Shown here piece by piece: positions 49,901 through 61,810 of a stretch of 64,000 bases of DNA. The DNA comes from Obrimoposthia wandeli. Taxonomy: Eukaryota. The stretch lies in the NCBI GenBank assembly GCA_977020255.1, contig CDROCS010001776.1, positions 806,001-870,000 on the forward strand, given 5' to 3'. The notes beneath the pieces were generated by a model that was given only the letters and a program-made list of their open reading frames with translations, made no database searches and was not told the origin of the DNA. Position numbers and translations under genes: made by a program. The first letter of the stretch is position 1; each line of letters begins with the position of its first letter.

Positions 49901-52900
49901 TGACAAATAGTCTATTGTTAAATTAGAAAAGGTTAAATTAAAACCCAAATGAACTCCACTTCATAAGAAAAAAACGACTTGAACTTGCGAAGAAGTAATT
50001 GAAATTTACGAAAAAAAATCCCAATTCTCCAGATGGACTGATTTTAACACACCATGCAGAAGACATATATGTGATGAAATAATTCCACGATCAAAAAGAC
50101 ATGAACATAGTGGAGGATTAAAGGCATAGGGAATTTTGCAAAGCAAAGGAAATGGAGATATTTGCATATTCAATCAGTTTTAAATCGGAATGCACAAATG
50201 TCTAGGACAAGGATGATGAACCCCTTTTGTTGCTGATCAATAAAAAAACAATTGTTTTGAGAGTCAGTTAAAAAACTTTTGATATTTATAAGAGAAAATC
50301 AAATATTTAAAACAATTTTATTACAGTATATGCAATGATTTCAACGAGATTTTGGCGTTTTTTAAATCGTAGCTAAGAGCAGCCGTTAATTGTCATTCCA
50401 AACCAACTCAGTATCTAGCGTGATAAAATTAACGAATAAATAAATCACTAACTAGAGAACTGCAATCAAAAAATTAAATAATATCATAAAATGACCCGTT
50501 CGAGGCACCTTTGTTTGTATGTGAGATTTATAGACTGTAAACACATGCTTAGGTATTACATGCTTAAAAATATTATATTCCACTATTTAAGTGTATTATA
50601 AAACAAACAGTAGCACAGAATCTAAAATTATTTCTAGCATAAATTTAGGATTTTTTCAACAAATAATCCCTGTAAAATAGAACTCACCACTTCCTGAACA
50701 TCGTTAGTGTGGTGTACGCAGACGAAAGAGCATACAGCCACGAGAAGATGATGGTATCCCTGATTGTACAATGACGGAGAGGGAGGCCCGCGAAAATCCG
50801 CATTTTCTGATGACAAGAATTATATGATTTGATGAAAAATAAAGTTTTTTCCGGAAATCTTTGATCCACAACCGTACCACAAAAGATTATTATATCTCAG
50901 TTACGCACAACAGACGCAATTACGTTAGAAAGCCTTGTATAATAGGCAATAAAGATTTATAAAGGTTATTGGGGTCTTTCTTAGAGTTATAAAAAGGTAT
51001 AGAATGAAGTATTAATATGATATATTTGGTTATTTTTCTTTATTTTGATTTATGTATTTTAATCAAAAAAATTCCTAATTTATTTTTCAAATTTTAATTA
51101 AAGTTAAAAAATTATTAATTTTTAGAAAAACTATTATTATAGCCTAATAATTTTAATGGTTATGTTCAAAAGGAGGACTATACCTAAAGAAACCTTTCCC
51201 AAGGAATTATGTAAGAAGTTAATGAGAATGGGTGACTGAAGATATCCATTAGGTGGCTTGAAAGTGTATGGCAAAAAGAGACCTGCATCTTCAATGTCTC
51301 GTCTAATTTATGATAGTGCACCATCACATTTGACAGAACGAGAAAAGAAGACTGCAAAATTGCATTTTTATTTTACACGTATACATTTAGGACTCAGAAA
51401 GATACTACAGCCATTAGACATCTGTCAACAAAAATTTATAACATCGAAACAATGGGGGAAATGAAAGGTTAAAGGTTTTCAATCGTTCACTAAAGTAGGA
51501 AAGTTACGAAATGCAAACTTTTCAACATTCTGTGAATGGATTGTTGATGCTTGGAAAGATGTGTAATCCCGTTCGAAGTCTAAAATCATTGAAAACCCAA
51601 TCAACGAAGTAGAGGATGACGAAGACGACTACGATGAAAGCGATATTAGTGAAATACCTACAGCAAGTATTGGAGCAGTTCAAAAACTGACGTATAGAGG
51701 ATGCTTTTGACCGTTCCGTATATAATGTGCATTTTGGTTTATAAAATTCTTTTAAAAATGTAAAATTTGGTTTATTGTATCTTTTATGTTTATAAAGTCG
51801 GAATTTTCATCAATTACCCTAATTCTCTAAATATAAGCTTGAACAACGTCAGCATAAAAATGATATAGAATTTCAAATTTATTGAATAAATTCTTAATCA
51901 AACTAGCATTTTTCTAAGAAACAAAATTGAACCTAAAATGGAACCGTGTGGTACTCCTCATTGTAAATCTTCTTAGTGTACTTGCCTGACCGAAACACTT
52001 ACCTCCAATTGTACAGATGACGTTTACCGCTGATTGGATGACGCCCCTATGTATCCATGACGATGATATCTCGGGCTCTGTACGAGAACAATTCTGAAAT
52101 ATCTCTCTCCTGCTTCACAATGTGAATCCAATCATTATATTTTCTATTTCTCAGTTTTACCCAAAAAGATGAATAAAAATACCATTTCTTTTCAGTAAGC
52201 ATCTCAGAATTACAGAAATCAGGATACAGTGTGGAAATGCAGGAGTCGCTGAAAATGGATAGCTAATTTTAAAACATATAAAGAAAATTCATATATGAAA
52301 TTAAAACGTGGGAAAATTCATAATTAAAAGATTGCTATTCGATTACTATCATTCACATATTGACTGCTTTTCTAACCAATTTCACTCTCACATCAAAAGG
52401 ACTTTTTAATTTTGATTTTGTCCCACAAATTTATTTCAGTAAAAATAAATCCAAAACCTTGTAGAAAATAAATAGTAGATATGTTCCTGTTGACTAAAGT
52501 AAGTAAATGATCCTCAGCTATTGAATTCAAGGTGTTAATATGAATAAAATTTACTAAAAAATGTAGATGTAATGAAGTTTAATAATTAAAAGGTTTATAC
52601 ATATAAAAATATATTAGAGGTTTTACTATCTAAAGCCAACAAAAATATTTTTTAATAAAATATCAACTTTTTAATTATATTTTTTCTCACTGAAACGAAT
52701 GAAATTTCACTCTTTGTCCAACAGATGTAGATCAGAGATCAAAATCAAAGTACAATAACCGTACAAAAAATCTTATGTTAAATACCATCAGTAAATATAT
52801 ATATATATATATATTTAGCATGCGCACCATAGTTGAAACTTAAGTTGGAAAACTCCGACCTGAGAAATAATCTTTTTAAAAGGTAATATTTTATTTGAAA

Positions 52901-55900
52901 AAAAATTCTCAGAATGATGGAAAGATACAATTTGATATCATATTTAAATGATTTTTTAAATTTATACTCATCTAGTTATTATATACCTTTTCACAATCAA
53001 ATATTTTAAAAACTGATTTAAGAGGTACTTCCATTCTAAGGCTAGATAATTTTATATTTTTATCAATATTCTCAGCCAAAAGATAATTTTAATTGCCTAA
53101 TAATGTTTCAGAACAATTATAAACCTTTATTGAGTTGCTTAATATGTTTATTATTTCTGTAAAAGTTATTGGTACGGACCATTGCATATATTTTTCAAAA
53201 GATCATAACTTGTTTTTGATGGATGAAATTTTCTTAATTATGTAGCAAATATTTTAGTGTCATTCGAACATATAACCAAATCTCTAGGCCTTAGATGCCT
53301 TAGATGGTTTAGATGGCTTAATCAACAGCAGTGCATTAGTGAATAGCATAACTCAGAAATGGAAATGTCCGCAAGCAATTTAAAATTATGTGCAAAAATA
53401 ACTTTGTTTAATGAAATAAATGTATTTTGAAAACTTTTAAATATGAGCAAATAATCGTTTACAGATTAAAATGTAATATTTTCTTAACAATCAAATGTCG
53501 AAGTATTATTCGATTGCGAGTCAAAGAGCCTTATGAAACCCAATATCGCAATGCAAATAAAGATTTACTTCACGTTATCCGATATACGATTCTGGTGGTC
53601 AACCAACGACATCTTCATAAATGTCCGCATTTGAGCAATCAAGTAAAGACTCAAAAGATTGTGACTTTAAAATGTGCTTATAGAGGAAACTCTTGTGAGT
53701 GACTGAAACTATTTATCAGACATGCATTAAGACTAATTAAGACTAATTAGGACGAAAGACTAATCGAACCATCTACTAGCTGATTCCCTCTGAAATTTCC
53801 CTCGGGGTAGTGGCAAGTTGTTTTTTCTGGTATAACGAATGATTAGAAGAACTGGCAAATGTGACGTTCCTCACTTATTCTCAAACTTTAAATAGGTACG
53901 ATATGTGACTTTCTTCTTTGAAGTCGCACGATTTAATACATATGGATATTTGGCCAAATTCGTGAAGTCGAACTGGTGACGTGAGACGAACAAAACATTC
54001 TATGAAAATTGTAGTTATTGTGTTCTTTGTGATTTTTTTAAATGTTAAAACTATAAAAATATACAATATATTGTAAATTATAAATGCCTAGAATGTATTC
54101 AATTAAATAGTACAAAGTATTGGTTAAAGTATATTATATAATACCACAATGACAGACGTTTGTTACATTTATATTCTGTAGATAGTTAACCGACTTATAA
54201 GTCTCAGTCAAAACACTGCTTATATAGAGGTAGAAATATCCATTCATTTTTAACAGTGATAGTTAATTATAAAGTATAGTTATCATATTTTCCAGCCGTA
54301 AATTTTCAAATATTCGGTACAATTAATTTTTGAACTCAATAATAATAAAGAGCTTGAAAGGAAATGATAGAAAATGATTGATTTATTTATCGTATTCATA
54401 TCTATATGCACCTATGTTTTGCACATTATTTTAAATTGCTTGCAGTATTTTGAAAATTGATAGGTAAAATGTATAGATGTGGATGAACGCAAATAAAGCA
54501 TTTTCTGTATCTGGTAACTTGACTTCATTTGTCACTCACCAGAAATCCGTGTAAGAATGGAATCTGAATCCGCGCTATCAATCAGAATCGACATAATCAC
54601 CTCACATCCATAGAAAATCGTATCCCCAAAATACTGCAATAAACTAGCATGGTGCGGACCATCCAGCTTGTGTATGACGGCCTTCATCCTGGTGGAAATG
54701 TTTAAATACTGTTTATATAAAATCCTTTTTAAACATAAATTAGGGCAAAATTAATCGACATCGAAAAATAGCAACAATTGTGTATTCAAGAAATTCTTTT
54801 TTACTATTTAAATACGAAGTATTGACTCATAATCTAATCCTCGTGTATGTCATATATGTATTTTACATATAATGTCAGAAACTAAATTTCTACGTTTCAA
54901 ATAGATATAACAAAAAAACTAAAAGGAGCCTACCAAATTAAAACTCGGTATGTTGGTATCAATTATTAAAAATAAGGGGATAGATAGAACGTAGGCATCT
55001 TACTCGATAGTACCAACCAGGATCTGTATAGCTTCTTCAAATAAACTTTCACATTCCTGAAGTTTTGCCTGGTAAACGACAAGAAATTTCATGAAGCATT
55101 TCAAAAGAAACGCTGCCATTTTCCCTTCTTTTTCATAATCCTTTCCACCGTCCTTAACCTGCATCAGATGTTTGATAAAAATAAAAGTAGTTTAAAATAA
55201 CATCGACTTACCATAATATATTTAATATAGCGCTAATATGTAACAAACCTATGACTTATTACTAAAAACCACTTTCTTGTTTCCCAGATAAATAATGTCT
55301 ATATAGTAAAGTTTTCAGGCACTTCTTGAATTTTTCAACATTTTTACAGTGTTTTTATATCTATCGGTAAGTTGTTGTAAAGTTTCGAAGCATAAATTTC
55401 AAATATTCCATTTGTTATCAGGGAATTTCTTAACCATGCTTTCTGTACCAGGCTCAAGAAGATCATATAAATATTTGGGCATTTGTGAAAGAATACATTT
55501 TTGATAATATGTAGGATCTTGAATTCAATCTGTAGACAATAAAGATTCATTAAATAGTTATTAGTATTAGCACTTTTCATTAATGTAAAGATAATCCTTG
55601 CGGCTCCGTTTAAAATTTAATTGATAAGCAGTAAATGGCAATACCTAAATAATTTTAAAAATTAAATCTCGATGTAACAATCGCATGCATTAGCATTGTA
55701 GTTATCTCTGCAGTTATTGTTCCATCATGTTATCACAGTTCATTGTAATATTGTCATCTACGACACGACCAACGTGCATTTTTCAAATACTCACATTTTC
55801 TGTCAGCTTTGCCTTCAACTGATCCATCCTAAAGTTGAATGCGGTTCGATAGTTCTGCGAGATATCCACAAATACAGAATCCTGAGAGTTATTCAATAAC

Positions 55901-58900
55901 GTACCACAGTAGGTCGTTGTGATCCTAAAACAAAATAGGGATTATAAAATAACAATTTATATAATTCCATTTTTATGTATTTCCTTACGCAGCAAGAGAC
56001 TTCCAGACGGGTAGACTGGCTCGCATATCGAGATTCTCGGCTGACACACTGCAATTAGACATTCGTACACAAACTAAATGGAAAATAAATCAATGATAAT
56101 AATTTTCTGTCGACTTTCAAAATGATCAAAATTAGTATGGTTCGAAAGTAGGATTAAAATCAGTGTGTTTTGTTCTATACAAAATCTATTCTAGTCTATA
56201 CTACAAATTAATGGTTATAACATCACATTTCAATAGATACACCATTTAAATGATTCTGGTCAATTTTCAGGTTAAAGAATAAAACCACACCTGATTCTGA
56301 TTTACGCGATAGATACGTTCCCCAAAAACGCGTAAAACAAGATAACGCAATTAAAGAAAAATAGAAGTAGGATCCCAACCTGAAAAACACTAAAAATTGG
56401 TTAAAAAAGAGAAGATATTATTGTTTTAATAAGAAAAACACATGCCTGTGGTTTAAGAGGTAATTTGGCAATACTAATTTTAATAACTATCGTAATATTT
56501 AATTGCTGTCATTTTCTGACAATACACAAACTCAATTGCGAAAAACTTCAACATCACTTTCATGGCTCGAAATGGTTTCAACATTATCTTTGTGCCTAAT
56601 TGGTGCTGATGAGGAATTAGTAAAATATCCGTAATAAAGTGTTATTCTCCTGATTTGTTTTAGTTGTTATATAAATATCGATAATTATCCATCAATAATT
56701 ACAATTCACGTTGAAACTTCTCAGCTCATTTATCAATATGTGTTAACAATGTTGTATGAGCACTTAATTTTGTACCAGAAACCACAGATTTTCTAATACC
56801 TGTCTCGTTCGATATAGTTCTCATGGTAGATTCTTGAAAACCGAAATGTTTGTCTACAGTCGATGCACCCTCTCCCACTACAAGACGATCTACGATTTTA
56901 ATTTTCCATCCATAGGTATAGGTTTCCGTTTCTTCTGTGTTTTAGTTGACATTGTCGTAAGGGTGGCTATAAAATTTTAAATCCAATAAGTAATAAATAA
57001 ATCGTAAATTCTAATTTATTTTTTATTTATTTCAGACCAAATTAAGAAATTTATGTACGCACGATTTTTTTCTAATTTATGAAAATCTTTCTGATAAGCT
57101 TTTCTTTAAAACTACTCATGAATTGTGTGATATTCCATAATTTTTTATAGATAAAATAAGGGAAACCCCATAATTTCATTCTGTGTTCAACTAAATACAT
57201 ACAATGTTGTTTTTGTAAACACACAAAAATTTTAATATTTTTTTTGTATGCAATATAGTTCGTATAAAAAATACAGCGTGTAAAAATAGAATGAAATTTT
57301 TTAAATCGCGTAAAAACAGAATTATGTGTACGAATAAAATGAAATTCTCATATGCTAATCCACAAATGCGTAATATTTAAGGAGCCTGTGTAGTAAACTA
57401 TTAGTTATTGATGCAAAAAACTGATAAGCACTTCAATCTCTTCACGTAAATATATAACTACAAGGAGTTTTTGAAAAATAAATGTTCTTGTTCTATTAGT
57501 TTCATTTAGAATAGTATTAATCTTAAAAAGAAAAAAGTAATGTAGGGAGATGTGTGTGTTTGGAACAAGGATAAGCCCAAGAAAGCCCCCTCTCTACCGG
57601 GATGGGGCTCCTCTGTGGAGCTTGTTTTCGTCGAATGTAGGTCAAATGTATTCAAATAGTTGGCATTCAGTCATTTTTCGATGGATTTTTGGTGAGTCTG
57701 TCAATTTTCTGTGATATTTGGTCCATTTTGAAATAAATTTATCGTCTTTCGGAACACGGCAAAATACCAGAATTATTGAATATTCGTTTGATTTTCAGTA
57801 GATTTAGATGGAATGTAAGTCAAATTTACCATGTCTTTCGGAACAGGGCAGAATACGAGGCAAAAAGTTGGATATTCTGTCAAAATTCGGTCATTTATCA
57901 GTAAGATTCTAGCGTTATATTTAAAAACTTTTTTCGGGTAATAAACTTTTAGACTATATTAAATATCACAATCCATTCAATCGTTTAATAATCAATGTAG
58001 TATCAAAATGATTTTTTGTAGTTAGGTAAATATTTTAATTGTTTATTCATAATATTAATTAAAATTTTATTCCTCAAATTGTTTTGGACTTAAGGCCATT
58101 TTAAAGAAATACGCTTGGATGACATTATATTTTAAGCAAATAAGTTTAAATTAAGATAGATATGAACATAAATAGGATGAACTTAAAATATATCTAAAGA
58201 ATTTTTTACATTTAAACATTAATATTTTTAAAACCATATGAACAAACTAGTATATGTTATTGCATTAGAAAAGTTTGGGAAAGGTACCAACAAAAAATAT
58301 ATTAATCTTCCAGAACCGTGTTTCCCGATTAGCTCACATATAGTGGAGTCTTTAAGATTTTACTTGGATAAAGATCTTATATGATTAAAAAAATAAACAC
58401 ATCACTAAAAAATTAATATTTTTTTCCATATCTTGATGTAGAATGTAAAGATATAAATCATCGCATGGTTATTGATTGATTGTATTAATTTTTAATATAA
58501 ACCACACTAAAATTACATAATTATTTCTAGAGTACTCACTACGGATAATGCAATTTAGGCCATATTTATAAAATAAGTTCCATGAATACGATAATAAAAA
58601 CGATTTATAAAAATTAATTAACATAAATTTGAACTAACGTTCTCCAATAATAGAAGCATTGGAGTCATAGAATGATGAATTGAATTCATTTAGAGACTCG
58701 AGCAATTTCTACATCACATCATTGTTGTTACTAAATAAAATACAAACCGATTGTAAATCAAAATTCAATTTAAAGGCTTGCTTTAGCAAACTAGCCAATT
58801 CTGTATTCTGTGTATTGTCGGACACATTGAATTTCTAGAAATTATTAGATCAACATGTGCAAAATAACTCACAATGCACAAATCATAAATTAGTTGTAAA

Positions 58901-61325
58901 GACACAAACAGTATTTTAATTGTACCAATGTGCTGAAATAACTCAGAGTATAATTCTAGTAGTGCATTTTTAACCAGTTGCAATTTATTACAAATTTCCT
59001 ATTACATTTAGTTATTGTTTTTTGTAGAGCATTTTACTTTTATTTTCATACTGTATAATTCTGTAGACATATCCAAGTCTGGTATTTCTCGAACTAGCTG
59101 AATGACCCCATGAAGCTTAAATTTATAAAAAATACGACAAATCAATTAAAAAAATACATTTTCCATAAGTGAGTCTTTCATAATAATATTAAAATTCATA
59201 GAGTAAAAGACATTTTGAAAATATATGACCTTTTTGTTTAAATTAATAGGTAAAATTATAAAGTAAATAAATTAAACAGATTCCTGACATTTTTTTTTAA
59301 TAAGATTTATAAATTTATTAGTAAAAAACAATTTATATATTTAATTTCAAAGAAAATATTACAAAATTATATACATAATGTCTGCATACAGTCATAAAAA
59401 CGGAACATCAATATTAATATTTGAAACTTATTAATGTTTCTTTAGAATTCTTTTAAAAAAAATATTTACTTCTGAATTTATTATTTTTATAAGTATTTTA
59501 TTTATTAAATTTGAAGGAATTTTAATTTATCATAATTTTAAATAATTTGTATTAGATGTATTATATAATTGTAAAGATTTATGTCAAGTAATTGAAAAAT
59601 TTAGGAATTATCAGAAATTCATAAAATTTAATTAAAAAAAATTTAGTTAGGTTAGTATCCAATCTTTAAAGTAATTAATTTTTTTATATTTTTGCTAAAA
59701 AAATATATAAGAATACAAAAATAAAATAAAATCATTTCAATTTTAAATTTTATTTACTGAATTCTTTTTTGAAACATCTACAATGTAGTTTTATGTCTGA
59801 ATACTTGAAGAGTTATATATATTCATAGTTACATTTGAAATTTTTTAAAAATCAAACCTTTAGTCAAACTTATATTTGTTAATGTTTTGTCTATCTAAGT
59901 TTTGGTTTAGGAATTTCTTTGTCTATTGTAAAATAGAAGATAAGAAGAAGATCTTATTTTGAAGCTAAAAAAAATTTGATCACACAATTTGGAAGGGGTT
60001 TGAAAATAATAAGGAATATTTTGGTTAATTATAGAGTACATTAAGCAATAATAACTTTTAATTTTATATCAGTTCCCGATTAGCGTTTCACTGGTTTCGC
60101 TCTGTAGAATACATCATGAGAAAGGTGGATTATCTCTGACTTCACAGTCTGTTTATTCCACGAATTCAAAATTAAATATTACAGGGAGAAATTCTTGACT
60201 GTAGTTCAATCACAGATCGCTTTGACAAATTTGGTTCCGGTCGATTTGTAACTTATTGACGTCCAATAAGAAAACGTATATTCGCAGTAACAATAATTGA
60301 AATATTTCAAATAGTAATAATCGTATTTTATATTGACTTATAGTTTTCAATTCGTTTCCTATAATTGAGAATTCCCTCTTTAAAATCCTGTTAAAATAGT
60401 AAATTATTAAAGTCCAATAAGACAACGTATATAGAAATCAATTTTGTTAACAGAAGAAATAAGAATATTGTCAACAGCACGACTTATGCTTTTTTGATAA
60501 TAATCACAACGTTGATATTTCGGATAATAGTTTCGATAACACTTTCAAATTTTGTTTCTAATATTTTTAATATATCAATATTAAATTCTGGTTCAGGATC
60601 TAATAATAATGAAAAAATCAACTTGTATCGTAATATTTCGGATAACACTTTCAAATTTTGTTTCTACATTTTCAAGATTTCAATATTAAATTCTTGTTCC
60701 GAATCTAATAATAATGACAAAATCCCTTGTATCGTAAATATATTTTTTGTGTAAAGAAACAGAATACTGCAGTTATATAAAGTCATCTACACATATGAGA
60801 GAGGTGAACAAAACATGTTGTCGTGTTAAATGTTGATATAGTAAACAGTCTTTGTAGAACCTCGCCGTCACATACTCTGTGTAGTTCAAACTGGCCGCGA
60901 CTAGTAAAATAACGAATGGAACTGTCAGTAACGCAGGCATAGGAAGCGTCATAGATAGACAGAGAGTGTGTCGACAGGGAGAAAACTGGTATTTCCCGGT
61001 TCTGCACACATATGCCTGTGCAGCCGAGAAATTTCACCGTCTGTCTATACTCTGGGCAGGCGGACAATTTTAATACAGACACATCGAGAACACCAATTTA
61101 TCACACACGTGCATATTGAATAGGTGAGTGAGTACATATGAGTGAGTGAGGATGAATGAAAATGAGCATGTGCGTGAATATATGATTATTTTGTGTGAAA
61201 TGATTGTAGTCTGTGTATGTGTGTTATTTTGTGCATATGTGCACATTAATACCATGTGTTGACGATGTTCGTCGGCATATGGTAAAGGAAGAATCTTCAC
61301 TTCTTATCTCTGACTTTGTGGGCAT
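43961..61325 (-). CDS. FIRRM: FIGNL1-interacting regulator of recombination and mitosis (C1orf112/FLIP/DUF4487) homolog, about 17 exons, about 739 aa
   Basis: Phase-consistent GT-AG exon chain: 61325-61253, 61051-60876, 58998-58873, 58708-58639, 56073-55989, 55924-55795, 55158-55004, 54688-54540, 52248-52161, 52109-52003, 50806-50688, 47880-47795, 47371-47209, 46759-46604, 45265-45080, 44574-44443, 44179-43961. GYHHLLVAVCSFVCVHHTNDVQEVESQLWLCLLTEKSMHSWIFVSDVLVFIARYG matches the recalled human segment LYQHVCVHLCTFITSFHPSLFAELDAALLNAVLSANMITSLLAMDAWCFLARYG; FPHCILISV and SPDPKRLRSD also match. The first and penultimate exons are uncertain. Confidence 0.85.
49494..49815. mobile_element. hAT (Charlie-like) MITE in a FIRRM intron
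   Basis: Termini CAGCTGTTTCCAA ... TTTGGAAACCTCTG; 8-bp flanks GTATAAAG / GTTTTGAG (5/8). Confidence 0.55.
49950..50250 (+). pseudogene. Tc1/Tc3-like transposase fragment
   Basis: HKKKRLELAKK, NSPDG and a degraded GG..A*G..KG segment correspond to Tc3-like HKxxRLxFAK...NLDGPDG...GGGSVMVWG. Confidence 0.5.
51150..51700 (+). pseudogene. pogo (POGK-like, DDE_1) transposase fragment in a FIRRM intron
   Basis: LIYDSAPSHLT, ILQPLDI, FQSFTKVGKLRNANFSTFCEWIVDAWKDV, acidic tail EDDEDDYDESD. Confidence 0.8.
55340..55710 (-). mobile_element. Non-LTR retrotransposon (CR1/Jockey-like) ORF2 3' fragment in a FIRRM intron
   Basis: IYASKLYNNLPIDIKTL is typical of the C-terminus of LINE ORF2; a second copy lies at 6330-6650. 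Confidence 0.6.
56285..57328 (-). mobile_element. Internally deleted Tigger-like transposon
   Basis: Inverted ends CACACCTGATTCTGATTTACGCGAT / ATCGCGTAAAAACAGAATTATGTG-TA; minus-strand HTH remnant KIKIVDRLVVGEGASTVDKHFGFQESTMRTISNETGIRKSVVSGTKLSA at about 56700-56920. Confidence 0.75.
60535..60745. repeat. Diverged ~108-bp tandem duplication
   Basis: Two copies of GATAACACTTTCAAATTTTGTTTCT...AATATTAAATTCT.GTTC.G.ATCTAATAATAATGA...CTTGTATCGTAA. Confidence 0.8.
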
Positions 61326-61743
61326 TTTTCCCAACTCGAAGTCAGAGATAAGTCTGCCATCACCCTGAAGAGCCCGGTAGGGCAAAATTGGTTAAGCCGA
61401 TCGGGGATTGATACTAAAATTATCTATGTAAAATGCAAAAGTGCCTTATTTTTAATAGAAAAATATTTCCACAATTAAGGAAATTTTTTAATTAAATAAT
61501 TTCAATTTAATTTTTATTTTATTTAAATACTTCTAAAATATTCCCAACAGATTAGCTCAACCTGATACTTCATTTAGTGTCTTAGACAGCCTAACATTTG
61601 CTGAGGCCCAGTTATCTATATCCTCACGTTGATGCAGTTTTGTATTCTGTGTATATGTGTTTTCTGGATATATATATATTGATTTTTAGAATGTACTTTG
61701 GCATTTTTCAATCCTGTTAATTTTAATTCTTATTAGTCCCCAA

Positions 61744-61810
61744 CCGGGTTAACCTGTTTCACATTCCTGGGCTCATCAGTGATACGGCAAGGCGAAACCG
61801 GTTAAACCGG
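61744..61810 (-). other. Inverted repeat enclosing a degenerate Penelope-type minimal hammerhead core
   Basis: 17-bp inverted repeat (15/17) at 61744-61760 and 61794-61810; the minus strand reads CTGATGAG-CCCAGGAATGT-GAAAC-AG-GTT. Confidence 0.4.

Noticed and set aside
54664-54687. MKAVIHKL in a FIRRM exon resembling a DTD N-terminus
   Set aside because: Coincidental; the true DTD1 exon 1 (MKIVLQRVKSASVS) is at 32352-32394.
59052-59115. Extra FIRRM exon (LHGVIQLVREIPDLDMSTELY)
   Set aside because: 64 nt long and breaks the phase between flanking exons, which join in frame without it.
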